Origin: Treponemataceae bacterium
GTDB lineage: Bacteria; Spirochaetota; Spirochaetia; Treponematales; Rectinemataceae
Length of the DNA stretch: 46,421 bases
Assembly (NCBI GenBank): GCA_963677895.2
Contig: CAXXGJ010000039.1
Coordinates: 1 to 46,421 of the forward strand
Reading direction: 5' to 3'
Shown here: one piece after another, positions 32,203 through 41,740 of the stretch
Layout of the letters: each line of letters opens with the position of its first letter
Position numbering within the stretch: the first letter of the stretch is position 1
Notes under the pieces: model-generated
What the model was told of the DNA's origin: nothing
Seen by the model: only the letters and a program-made list of their open reading frames with translations
Databases searched by the model: none
Made by a program: the position numbers and the translations under genes

Positions 32203-33162
32203 ATGGCAAGTATTGAAAAGTTGCATATCCCATATGGAGCTAATTCTGAAGGAGAATTAGTATCACCTTCTGATGCAGAAAAAAATAAAGAATACTTTTG
32301 TCCAACTTGTAAAGAGAAACTTATATTAAGAAAAGGTGATATCAAAATACCACATTACTCGCATAATAATAATACTAACTGTTCAAATGAGACAATATTA
32401 CATAAAATTGCTAAAGGGTTAATTATTCAAGCAATAAAAGAATTTAAAAAAGAGAAGGGAAGTCAACCAGAAATAAAAAGAAATTGCTTAATATGTGATT
32501 CAGAGCTTATGCAAAAGTTACCAGAAAAAGTAACACATGCAGTAGAAGAGATAAGATTGAAATCTGGCTTTATTGTTGATATTGGTTTATATAATGAAGA
32601 TACTTTAGAAGCTGCTATTGAAATATATGTAACACATAGAGTAGATCAAGAAAAAATGGGTTGCATTGAAATTCCGTGGATTGAGCTAAACGCAAAAGAT
32701 CTTATTAGTGACAAGATTACTTGGATACCAATTTATGATAACTTTAAAAGTTTTGTATGTAAAGAATGCAGAAATAGATTAAATAAATATAATGTAAAAA
32801 TTATGGAACTATCTGATCGCTATAAATTAAATATAAATACTGAAAAATATCATTGTGGAATAGTAAACTGTTGGAAGTGTGGAAATGAAATTCCGGTATT
32901 TGATATTGGTATTGAGAATGAAGATTATTATCCAAAAACTGTAATGAGAAAATTCTCTAATACTAAACGTGAAGAGTATCTAGCTAATACTTGCCCTATT
33001 TGTAAAAGTCTTCAAGGTGAATTCTTTTTATATAGTGAACCAGATGGACCTTTTTTTGCATTAGATTATATAAATAAAAAGAATTCTAACTTATCTGATG
33101 ATATGTTAATAAATCTAGCTATTGCTAATAAATATTATGATGAAAAAAGTTATGAAGACTAG
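32203..33162 (+). CDS. CoiA-like zinc-ribbon nuclease
   Basis: YFCPTC..L..RKG....HYSH, E..LH..AK, VDI...AIEIYVTH, further CxxC pairs. Confidence 0.75.
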   Translation: MASIEKLHIPYGANSEGELVSPSDAEKNKEYFCPTCKEKLILRKGDIKIPHYSHNNNTNCSNETILHKIAKGLIIQAIKEFKKEKGSQPEIKRNCLICDSELMQKLPEKVTHAVEEIRLKSGFIVDIGLYNEDTLEAAIEIYVTHRVDQEKMGCIEIPWIELNAKDLISDKITWIPIYDNFKSFVCKECRNRLNKYNVKIMELSDRYKLNINTEKYHCGIVNCWKCGNEIPVFDIGIENEDYYPKTVMRKFSNTKREEYLANTCPICKSLQGEFFLYSEPDGPFFALDYINKKNSNLSDDMLINLAIANKYYDEKSYED

Positions 33163-33175
33163 TAATTCATATGCC

Positions 33176-33299
33176 ACCCAACACATGCTTCAACCTTATA
33201 AATCCTTTGTCATGGTTTGTGCAGAAATCCCATGCACAAACCACGCCAAGCCTTCGCAGTAGCTCAGGCGCGGATTTAAAGGTTAAGCCAATGTTATGC
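33176..33299 (+). repeat. attC site
   Basis: ACCCAAC...GTTATGC. Confidence 0.95.
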
Positions 33300-33414
33300 G
33301 GACTCGCGCATTCGCGCGAGCTAAGTTATTATAATAGAAGTATATAAAAAAGTATAATGTTGTCCTTGACATTACACAATATAATGTGTAAGCTATAAAC
33401 ATAAGGAGGACATT

Positions 33415-33612
33415 ATGGCTACAAACCTCGCTATAGATGATAGATTGCTCACCAAAGCACTTGAAATTGGCGGTTATAAATCAAAAAAGGACACTGTTAA
33501 TGCTGCACTTGATGAATTTATCAAAAGAAGAAAAGCAAAAGAGCTAATAGATATTTTTGGTACAATAGAATATGACGCTTCTTATGATTACAAGAAAATG
33601 AGATCAAGATGA
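33415..33612 (+). CDS. vapB: VapB antitoxin (copy 2)
   Basis: Protein identical to 3615..3812. Confidence 0.9.
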   Translation: MATNLAIDDRLLTKALEIGGYKSKKDTVNAALDEFIKRRKAKELIDIFGTIEYDASYDYKKMRSR

Positions 33613-34022
33613 AACGAGTATTAGTAGATACTTCGGTATGGTCTCTTGCACTAAGAAAAAAGGAAAGAACTGAGGAAGAACAAAAGATAGTAAGTCATCT
33701 ATCAAAATTGATAAGTAACCTTACTGTTGTTCTTATAGGTCCAATACGACAAGAAATTTTATCAGGAATCTCAACGAAAGAACGATTTGAAGTACTTAAA
33801 GAAAAGATATCAATATTCGATGATCATACAATACATACCCATGATTATGAACTTGCTGCAGAATACTTTAATGAATGTAGAAAACATGGGATACAAGGAT
33901 CTCATATAGATTACCTAATATGCTCAGTTGCCACAAATAATGATATGTCAATATTTACATTGGATAATGATTTTCAGCTCTATAAAAAGCATATAAGAAT
34001 TAAGCTAGAAAAATACGCATAA
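33609..34022 (+). CDS. vapC: VapC PIN toxin (copy 2)
   Basis: One visible amino-acid difference (V/E) from 3809..4222. Confidence 0.92.
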   Translation: MKRVLVDTSVWSLALRKKERTEEEQKIVSHLSKLISNLTVVLIGPIRQEILSGISTKERFEVLKEKISIFDDHTIHTHDYELAAEYFNECRKHGIQGSHIDYLICSVATNNDMSIFTLDNDFQLYKKHIRIKLEKYA

Positions 34023-34141
34023 CAAAAGCTTCAACCCTATAACGCCTTTTGTCGTGGTTTTTGCGAGAAGATGACGCAAAAACCACGCCAATCCTTCGCT
34101 TCGCTCAGGAACAGGCGTTAAGGGTTAAGCCAATGTTAGAA
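34017..34141 (+). repeat. attC site
   Basis: GCATAAC...GTTAGAA. Confidence 0.95.
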
Positions 34142-34186
34142 GGACGCCTTCGGCGCCAGAAAAAAATAAATTCTTTCGAGGCAACC

Positions 34187-34738
34187 ATGCACTTTAAAAA
34201 GATGATAGGAGAGAAATGTTATCTTTCTCCTATAGACCTAGAAGATACTAATCTCTATGCAGAATGGCTCAACTCAGAAGAAGTGTTTCAGTATCTCTTA
34301 GTAGGCACAAACATAGTATCTTATGAATCCGAAAAAGAAATATTACTTAGGCTATCAAAAGAACATGTATATGGAATCATTGAGAATGAGAATAATACGC
34401 TGATAGGTAATGTAGGGCTTGTAAGTGTGAATCATATTCATAAGACAGCAGAAGTGGGAATATTCATAGGTAGAAAAGAATACTGGGGAAAAGGGTATGG
34501 AACTGAAGCCTTGAAGCTGCTTATAGACTATTCATTCAGAGTATTAGGAATTGAAAACATAATGTTAAAAGTATTTGATTATAATGTGCGAGCTAAAAAA
34601 TGTTATGAGAAAGTAGGATTTAAGAAGATAGGTGAAAGACGAAAGGCTCATTACTATAATAATGAAAGGCATAATGATATCTATATGGATATAATAAAAG
34701 AAGATTTTTATAAAGAAGACAAGAAAAGAAGCTTCTAA
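34187..34738 (+). CDS. GNAT N-acetyltransferase (RimJ/RimL-like)
   Basis: AEVGIFIG...YWGKGYGTEA, N.RA..CYEKVGF; start reset to ATG 34187. Confidence 0.9.
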   Translation: MHFKKMIGEKCYLSPIDLEDTNLYAEWLNSEEVFQYLLVGTNIVSYESEKEILLRLSKEHVYGIIENENNTLIGNVGLVSVNHIHKTAEVGIFIGRKEYWGKGYGTEALKLLIDYSFRVLGIENIMLKVFDYNVRAKKCYEKVGFKKIGERRKAHYYNNERHNDIYMDIIKEDFYKEDKKRSF

Positions 34739-34857
34739 CAAAAGCTTCAACCCTATAACGCCTTTTGTCATGGTTTTTGCTAGAAGATGACGCAAAAACC
34801 ACGCCAATCCTTCGCTTCGCTCAGGAACAGGCGTTAAGAGTTAAGCCAATGTTAGCT
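34733..34857 (+). repeat. attC site
   Basis: TTCTAAC...GTTAGCT. Confidence 0.95.
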
Positions 34858-34909
34858 GGACGCTTCGCGCAAAGTATTAGAATATTTAGCTTTTCCTAAG
34901 GATTAATAG

Positions 34910-35689
34910 ATGTTGGTGATAAAAAGCATTAAAGCAGGAACTACCTGTTGTACTTTTACAACTGTACCAAAAAATTTCTTAGTAAACTTACTCAGTATAG
35001 ATTCCGAACCAGCATTATTAAGTGAAATTGAAATATATAATAACGAGACTTCAACTTTATCGTATTTAAATGGATGCTATTTTTTAGAAACTACATCTGG
35101 TTTAGTAAATTCAGTTATAGATTTTTTTAGATTTATTCGATTATTAGAGCTAAAAAGAATGCACTATATCGAATTTATATTGCAGTCAATTACTGATTAT
35201 CAAAAAGGCGTTATTTATAAAAGATCAAGGAATATTACAGCAATGGGTACTATTTATAAGTTTGATCAAAAAGAAAAAGAAGAATATATAAATTATTCTA
35301 TATCAAATTTAGGAATACATGATGAAAAACTTGAAAAAGCACTAATATACTATAACCATGCTTTGTTTTTATTGGATGAAAATTGTAAAAGCATTGAAGA
35401 AAGTCAAAAGCAATTCTATATTTCAGAAGCTATTCTTAATTTTTGGAAATCTGTTACAATTATTATCGGTGAAGGTAAAAAGTGGAAAAGTGGATTATAT
35501 AATATCGGAATTGTAGAACAGGAACTTATAGAACGAACTCAAAAAATATTTCATACTAGAAATAAAAAAGATGTAGCTCATAGTAGCTTTGAAACAATAA
35601 ACTTAACAAATGAGGTTTCAAATATTGAAACTACTACAAGAATAATTATTGAAAAATATATCTGTTCGATAAAAAATAAAAACAGCTAA
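34910..35689 (+). CDS. Hypothetical protein with C-terminal HEPN-like motif
   Basis: ALIYY...LNFWKS...RNKKDVAH. Confidence 0.5.
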   Translation: MLVIKSIKAGTTCCTFTTVPKNFLVNLLSIDSEPALLSEIEIYNNETSTLSYLNGCYFLETTSGLVNSVIDFFRFIRLLELKRMHYIEFILQSITDYQKGVIYKRSRNITAMGTIYKFDQKEKEEYINYSISNLGIHDEKLEKALIYYNHALFLLDENCKSIEESQKQFYISEAILNFWKSVTIIIGEGKKWKSGLYNIGIVEQELIERTQKIFHTRNKKDVAHSSFETINLTNEVSNIETTTRIIIEKYICSIKNKNS

Positions 35690-35808
35690 TAAGTGCTTCA
35701 ACCCTATAACGCCTTTTGTCATGGTTTTTGCGAGAAGATCACGCAAAAACCACGCCAATCCTTCGCTTCGCTCAGGAACAGGCGTTAAGGGTTAAGCTAA
35801 TGTTAGGC
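35684..35808 (+). repeat. attC site with mutated R'' box (AAT)
   Basis: AGCTAAT...GTTAGGC. Confidence 0.9.
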
Positions 35809-35836
35809 TCATTAATATTACGAAAGGGACTTCAGC

Positions 35837-36307
35837 ATGAGTATTACTGTCGTTGAATCTAAAGATGTGAACATAATCACCATGCTCAATAAAACTGTTC
35901 AGAATCTTCATCATGAGAAATATCCAGAATACTTTAAAGCATATAATTATGAGAACATAAGAAAAGCAATTGAAGAACTACTTGTTCAAGATAATTGGTA
36001 TTCTTATGTAGCATATGATGATAAAAAGGCTGTTGGATATATCATATTTTATGTAAAAGAATTTAAAGAGAATCCTTTTCGGTATTCATATAAAGGAATC
36101 CATATAGATCAGTTAAGTGTGATTAAAGAGTATCAAAAAAGAGGTATAGGATCCTTATTAATGAAAAAAGCTGAAGACAAAGGAAAAGCAGATAAAGTAA
36201 GTCAACTAGAATTAACATATTGGGAGAAGAACACCGAAGCCAAAGATTTTTATAGGAAGAAGAAATTTGAAGAAGGAATGCATTTTGTTATTAAGCAAAA
36301 AATATAA
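35837..36307 (+). CDS. GNAT N-acetyltransferase
   Basis: IDQLSV...YQKRGIGSLLM, N.EA..FY. Confidence 0.9.
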   Translation: MSITVVESKDVNIITMLNKTVQNLHHEKYPEYFKAYNYENIRKAIEELLVQDNWYSYVAYDDKKAVGYIIFYVKEFKENPFRYSYKGIHIDQLSVIKEYQKRGIGSLLMKKAEDKGKADKVSQLELTYWEKNTEAKDFYRKKKFEEGMHFVIKQKI

Positions 36308-36339
36308 AGAAGTAATTTATTATATGAAAGAAAATAAGA

Positions 36340-36464
36340 GCCTAACAAATGCTTCAACCCTATAACGCCTTTTGTCATGGTTTTTGCTCGAAGATGACGC
36401 AAAAACCACGCCAATCCTTCGCTTCGCTCAGGAGCAGGCGTTAAGGGTTATGCCAATGTTAGGT
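36340..36464 (+). repeat. attC site
   Basis: GCCTAAC...GTTAGGT. Confidence 0.95.
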
Positions 36465-36494
36465 GGACGCTACGCGCAGTAATAGAGGAATAAA

Positions 36495-37211
36495 ATGAGA
36501 ATAGCAGTACTATCAGATATCCATGCAAATGTACTTGCCTTGGAAGCTGCCTATTCTGATATAAAAAAGCAAAAAACTGACATAACTGTTTTTCTCGGTG
36601 ATCTCGTTATGACAGGACCGAGACCAAGTGAAGCATTCAATCTTCTTAAAGAAATTAATCCATTTATCTGGCTTCAAGGAAATACTGATAATTGGCTAGA
36701 AGAGATCAACAATGAATTTGTACCAAAAAATGATAATGAGATCTTTTGTAAAGTATTACGAGATTATTCTTTTCAGTATTTGAATACTATCAACATAGAA
36801 GAAATAATTAGTAAGCCGATCAAGCAAGAATTTGTTTATGGGGACACACTAATTACATTTTGCCATGGTTCTCCAACATTATTTTCTCAAGCTATTCTGA
36901 TGAATACTGATAAAGAAAAAATGGATACTATAATATCTAGTACCAATGCAAGTATTATTTGTTGTGGCCATACTCATATAAAAACGAACATAAGGTATAA
37001 AAGCATATCAATAATTAATTTTGGATCAATAAGCATACCTGGCAATGATTATAGTAAAATGGCAAGATATGGTATTATAGAAATAGATGATAATGATTAT
37101 GTTAGCTTTGAATTTAAAGAAGTATGGTTTGATATAGATATGTTATTTAGAGATATGAAAGAAAGAAAATTCCCAGGGTTGGATAGACTTAAAGAGAAAT
37201 ATTCATATTAA
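36495..37211 (+). CDS. Metallophosphoesterase
   Basis: SDIHAN, LGDLV, GNTD, HGSP, GHTH. Confidence 0.92.
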   Translation: MRIAVLSDIHANVLALEAAYSDIKKQKTDITVFLGDLVMTGPRPSEAFNLLKEINPFIWLQGNTDNWLEEINNEFVPKNDNEIFCKVLRDYSFQYLNTINIEEIISKPIKQEFVYGDTLITFCHGSPTLFSQAILMNTDKEKMDTIISSTNASIICCGHTHIKTNIRYKSISIINFGSISIPGNDYSKMARYGIIEIDDNDYVSFEFKEVWFDIDMLFRDMKERKFPGLDRLKEKYSY

Positions 37212-37220
37212 TAGCCATTC

Positions 37221-37345
37221 ACCTAACAAATGCTTCAACCCTATAACGCTATTTGTCATGGTTTTTGCTAGAAGATGACGCAAAAACCACGCCAATCCTT
37301 CGCTTCGCTCAGGAACAGGCGTTAAGGGTTAAGCCAATGTTAGGT
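37221..37345 (+). repeat. attC site
   Basis: ACCTAAC...GTTAGGT. Confidence 0.95.
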
Positions 37346-37376
37346 TGATTAACGGCAAAGGATGTAAGTTGTAGCT

Positions 37377-38207
37377 ATGAATGTAATTATTACTGGTGCG
37401 AATCGTGGGATCGGTAAACAAACAACAATAGCGCTTTCTAAACTCGGTTATACGATCATTATGGCATGCAGAGATATTGATGCTGCAACTCTTGTTTGTA
37501 ATGAGATAAAAGAAGCATCGGGGAATAGTAATATCTTCGTGATGAAGCTTGATTTAGCTAGTTCAAAATCGATTCAAGCCTTTGTAGATGATTATTTTAA
37601 AAAGTTCAAAGAGATACATATACTTATTAATAATGCAGGTGTCTCTAAAAACAGTCATGAAATAACAGAAGATGGATTTGAAATAAATGTTGGAACAAAC
37701 TACTTCGGGACCTATCTGTTAACTAGTTTATTGCTACCCTTATTCCCAAAGAATGCAGATAATAGAATAATCATTGTTACATCGAATATATTTAAAATTG
37801 GTAATTTTGCTATTGATAAAATAAATAAGTACCATTGGTTCAAAGCGTATGCTGTATCCAAGTATATGTTACTTTTGTATTCTTTATGGCTATCAAAGCA
37901 ACTACGTAATAGAGGGATAAAAGTAAACGCTGTTCATCCTGGAATTGTAAAGACATCAATTATGTATACCAATAAATGGTATGATGCAGTAATTAAGGTA
38001 CTCCTAGCTCCATTTATTGTTACTGTTGAAGAAGGTGCTAAAGGGAATGTCTATCTTGCTACGGCAGAAAGAATTGGCACTGGGAAGTATTATGAGAAAA
38101 GCAAAATAGTAAATATTTCTAAAAGGTATGATACAGACCACAAGATAAGTGAGCTTATTGATTATAGTAAACAATATATGAAAAAAGTGACTTCAAAAAA
38201 GAAATAA
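37377..38207 (+). CDS. SDR-family oxidoreductase
   Basis: TGANRGIG, NNAG, YAVSK, HPG. Confidence 0.93.
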   Translation: MNVIITGANRGIGKQTTIALSKLGYTIIMACRDIDAATLVCNEIKEASGNSNIFVMKLDLASSKSIQAFVDDYFKKFKEIHILINNAGVSKNSHEITEDGFEINVGTNYFGTYLLTSLLLPLFPKNADNRIIIVTSNIFKIGNFAIDKINKYHWFKAYAVSKYMLLLYSLWLSKQLRNRGIKVNAVHPGIVKTSIMYTNKWYDAVIKVLLAPFIVTVEEGAKGNVYLATAERIGTGKYYEKSKIVNISKRYDTDHKISELIDYSKQYMKKVTSKKK

Positions 38208-38211
38208 AACA

Positions 38212-38336
38212 ACCTAACAGATACTTCAACCTTATAACGATCTTTGTCATGGTTTGTGCAGAACAACAATGCACAAACCACGCCAATCCCTTGCTTCGCT
38301 CGGGAACGAGCATTAAAGGTTAAGCCAACGTTAGGC
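38212..38336 (+). repeat. attC site
   Basis: ACCTAAC...GTTAGGC. Confidence 0.93.
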
Positions 38337-38429
38337 CGACGCCTTCGGCGCATCAATAGTGTGAATTCTAGCTCAATACTGTATTAATTCCTATTCATAT
38401 AAAGATATCGAAAATTTAAGGAGTGCATT

Positions 38430-39497
38430 ATGTCAACAGAAAAAGAAGCAACTATCAAGGTAGCATCTAAGAAGCTCAATTGGCCATTTCCTAGAAGTAC
38501 GCTTGAATCAGCCTTAAGAATACCTATGGCGCTAAAAGAATATAATGGTGGTAACCCATGGGAGCCGGAAGAACTAAGAAAGGCTATAGGTGTTGGCTCT
38601 GGTGGGAATACCTATTTTTACCTTTTAGCTGCATCTAGGGAATATGGATTAACTACTGGTACAAATAAAAGTGAAAAAATAGAATTAACAGATTTAGGAA
38701 GAGAAATTGCATATGCTCCCGATCCGGATACAGAAAAAAACTTAAAAATTAAAGCATTCATTTATAACGAAATATTTAAAAAAGTACTTGAATATTATAA
38801 AGGTAGTAATTTACCTGAAATGAAATACCTCGGGAATACATTACATAAACAATTCGGTCTCGAATCCGGGACTCATGAAGAATTCTCAAAGACATTTCGA
38901 GAAAATTGTCAATATTTAGGATTAACATCAGGCTTATTGCCTCAAGCGGATGGAAGTGAAAAAAGCTTACTAACCCATAAAACAGCTCCAGATACAATCT
39001 TGCTTGCAGAACCCGAGGGGTCTTCAAAATTAACTGCATTTGTAATTTTACCATTTACGGAAAGAGATTCTAAACATTCACCTGGCTTTTTTGCAGAAGT
39101 ACTTCGAAGCCTAATAACTCCAGCAGCCAAAGAAGCCGATTTTAAGGTTAAAACCGCTAATAGGCAGGGTAGCGATTTGATACAATCAACTATAATAAAT
39201 GGACTAATAGAAGCAGATCTTGTTATTGCAGATCTTACAGAACATAATCCTAATGTTCTATTTGAACTCGGTATGAGAATGGCAGTAGATAAACCTGTTG
39301 TATTGATTAAAGCATTTAGCACGGGTCCTCTTTTTGATATTGATAATCTTCTTAGAGTTTTCGAGTATAATCCTAATCTTTGGCAAACTACGATAGAGAA
39401 AGATATGCCTGAATTGACAGAATTTATAAAAGGTGCTTGGGACAATAGAGATTCAGAAAATACATATTTGAAAATATTAAAAGGTAATAAAAAATAG
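38430..39497 (+). CDS. Winged-helix-like N-terminus fused to a nucleoside 2-deoxyribosyltransferase/TIR-like domain
   Basis: YGLT...IELTDLG; AFVILPF...ADLVIADLTEHNPNVLFELGMR. Confidence 0.65.
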   Translation: MSTEKEATIKVASKKLNWPFPRSTLESALRIPMALKEYNGGNPWEPEELRKAIGVGSGGNTYFYLLAASREYGLTTGTNKSEKIELTDLGREIAYAPDPDTEKNLKIKAFIYNEIFKKVLEYYKGSNLPEMKYLGNTLHKQFGLESGTHEEFSKTFRENCQYLGLTSGLLPQADGSEKSLLTHKTAPDTILLAEPEGSSKLTAFVILPFTERDSKHSPGFFAEVLRSLITPAAKEADFKVKTANRQGSDLIQSTIINGLIEADLVIADLTEHNPNVLFELGMRMAVDKPVVLIKAFSTGPLFDIDNLLRVFEYNPNLWQTTIEKDMPELTEFIKGAWDNRDSENTYLKILKGNKK

Positions 39498-39522
39498 GAA
39501 TATATTCGAATAAAAAATACTG

Positions 39523-39637
39523 GCCTAACAACTGCTTCAACTTAATAAATCCTTTGGCATGGTTTGTGCAGAAATCCTATGCACAAACCATGCCAAGCCC
39601 TTCGGGCACGGATTTAAAGGTTAAGCCAATGTTAGGT
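39523..39637 (+). repeat. attC site
   Basis: GCCTAAC...GTTAGGT. Confidence 0.93.
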
Positions 39638-39680
39638 AGACGCCTTCGGCGCCCTAGTGTATTGATAATATGTAAAGGAA

Positions 39681-40493
39681 TTGGAGTTTATGATACTTAA
39701 CGCTTTCATTGTGAATTCTTTTACAGACAAGTTTGCTTCGGGGAATCCAGCAGGTGTTGTCATCTACGAAAATGAATTATCAAGTACTATGATGCAGACT
39801 ATTGCTTTTGATATAAATAAATCAGAAACAGCATTTATTAATAAAACTGATAAAGAAAATATGTATGGTATTCGATGGTTTTCTCCGTTAAAAGAAGTTC
39901 CTATTTGTGGGCATGCAACACTAGCAGCGTCTAAAGTTCTTTATGAGCTGCATCCATTTGATAAGATTACTTTCATCTATGCAAATGGTTCTATACTTGT
40001 AGAGCATGCTAAAGACAATATGTTCATTATGGACTTTCCGCTTGATACATATGAAAAAATAGAAATAGATCCTGTATATCAAGTCTTCTTTCCTTATGTA
40101 TATATTAAAGAGTGTATATTGGGTACAAAGACAAAAAAAGTCATTCTAAGAATAGATGAAAAAACAGATATAATATCGATAAAGCCTGATTATTCATCTA
40201 TGAGAAACTACGATGGGCTGTGCAAAAATGGCATTGGGATAACAAAACTATCAAATGTATATGATTTTGAATCACGTTACTTCAATCCGTGGTATGGAGT
40301 TGATGAAGATCCAGTCACAGGCTCTATGCATACAGTGTTAGCTCGATATTGGGGAGATATACTAAGAAAAGATACATTACGAGCATATCAAGCCTCACAG
40401 AGGCCAGGCGAGATAAAGCTGATTATAAAAAATGATACAGTTCAAATTATTGGAAATGCAAAAGTAGTTTTGAAAGGAACCATTGAAGTATAA
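39681..40493 (+). CDS. PhzF-family isomerase
   Basis: GNPAGV, SETAF, EVPICGHATLA, EDPVTGS. Confidence 0.93.
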   Translation: MEFMILNAFIVNSFTDKFASGNPAGVVIYENELSSTMMQTIAFDINKSETAFINKTDKENMYGIRWFSPLKEVPICGHATLAASKVLYELHPFDKITFIYANGSILVEHAKDNMFIMDFPLDTYEKIEIDPVYQVFFPYVYIKECILGTKTKKVILRIDEKTDIISIKPDYSSMRNYDGLCKNGIGITKLSNVYDFESRYFNPWYGVDEDPVTGSMHTVLARYWGDILRKDTLRAYQASQRPGEIKLIIKNDTVQIIGNAKVVLKGTIEV

Positions 40494-40502
40494 AGTGTTT
40501 TT

Positions 40503-40627
40503 ACCTAACAAATGCTTCAACCCTATAACGCCTTTTGTCATGGTTTTTGCAGAACAACAATGCAAAAACCACGCCAATCCTTCGCTTCGCTCAGGAGTAG
40601 GCGTTAAGGGTTAAGCCAATGTTAGAA
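40503..40627 (+). repeat. attC site
   Basis: ACCTAAC...GTTAGAA. Confidence 0.95.
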
Positions 40628-40648
40628 GGACTTTAATATTATCTATGA

Positions 40649-41338
40649 TTGACTGAGGATGCTATGGATAAGTTTCTTAAAGCCGATAAGGTATATTACC
40701 CAAAGGAATATGAAGAAGGATTAACGAATGCATGGGTAGTTCGTAAGGGTAAGGAAACAGAAAGAGATCAATATTGGATTTTGGTTAGGAGTGAAGATTT
40801 ATTAGATCTACCAGAAGACCAAATACTTCCAGGGTATATATTTGAAATAAAAGAAAAATTTATTCTAAAAAACAATGATAAAAGAGTCAAATCATATAAG
40901 GAGTTTAGTAAATTTCTCGGAAAAGCGTTGGTATTTGACAAAGATTTAAACTATCAAAATGAGATAAACAAATACGTAGTCAAGTATAACAGTAGAATAT
41001 TGGTTGTAATAAAAGTTATCGCTGATAATATCAAGCGAGTATTTAAGTATTTTGTATTTGTAATATTAGGTGGACTTATTAAGTTAATCTTTGGAGATTT
41101 GATTTCTTATTTTAAAAATATGCATGGAATTTATGTTTCAGGATATGAGTTAAAAAAAAGTGAGCTAGAACGATCTGTAACCAATTCGGTGGGAGGAAAT
41201 CTTTCTAAAATCGATAGCAAGATAGAGGTAATCAATCATAAAGTTGATACTTATCGAAAAGAGAATGCTGAGATTAATAAGTCAATGATTGCTGTTATTA
41301 TTTCGATAATTAGTTTACTTTTTTCATTAAAAAAATAG
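40649..41338 (+). CDS. Hypothetical membrane protein
   Basis: 229-aa ORF filling the cassette, two hydrophobic segments. Confidence 0.65.
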   Translation: MTEDAMDKFLKADKVYYPKEYEEGLTNAWVVRKGKETERDQYWILVRSEDLLDLPEDQILPGYIFEIKEKFILKNNDKRVKSYKEFSKFLGKALVFDKDLNYQNEINKYVVKYNSRILVVIKVIADNIKRVFKYFVFVILGGLIKLIFGDLISYFKNMHGIYVSGYELKKSELERSVTNSVGGNLSKIDSKIEVINHKVDTYRKENAEINKSMIAVIISIISLLFSLKK

Positions 41339-41340
41339 CC

Positions 41341-41455
41341 TTCTAACACATGCTTCAACCTTATAAATCCTTTGTCATGGTTCTTGCGGGAAGATTACGC
41401 AAGAACCACGCCAAGCCCTTCGGGCACGGATTTAAAGGTTAAACGAATGTTAGGT
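41341..41455 (+). repeat. attC site
   Basis: TTCTAAC...GTTAGGT. Confidence 0.93.
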
Positions 41456-41542
41456 TGACGCCTTCGGCGCGCAAAGATACATGCTAAACTATAAAATGCA
41501 AATGTTAGATTGACGCTTCATGTTAATAAAAGAGGTGGTTAC

Positions 41543-41740
41543 ATGATCAAACTTAAGCAATTCCAAAATAGGTTTGAAGCAGAATTTTTCGCTACCATCC
41601 TGGATAAAGAGAGTATTCCCTACATCATTCAGTCAGATGATAGTGGAGGCCAAAGACCAGCATCATATAGCATAGCTGCAACGCTACTCGTTAGCGAAAA
41701 GGATTATGAGCTTGCTAAATCGTTTCTTTTAGAACAATGA
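41543..41740 (+). CDS. DUF2007-like protein (copy 2)
   Basis: Near-identical to 25614..25811. Confidence 0.75.
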   Translation: MIKLKQFQNRFEAEFFATILDKESIPYIIQSDDSGGQRPASYSIAATLLVSEKDYELAKSFLLEQ

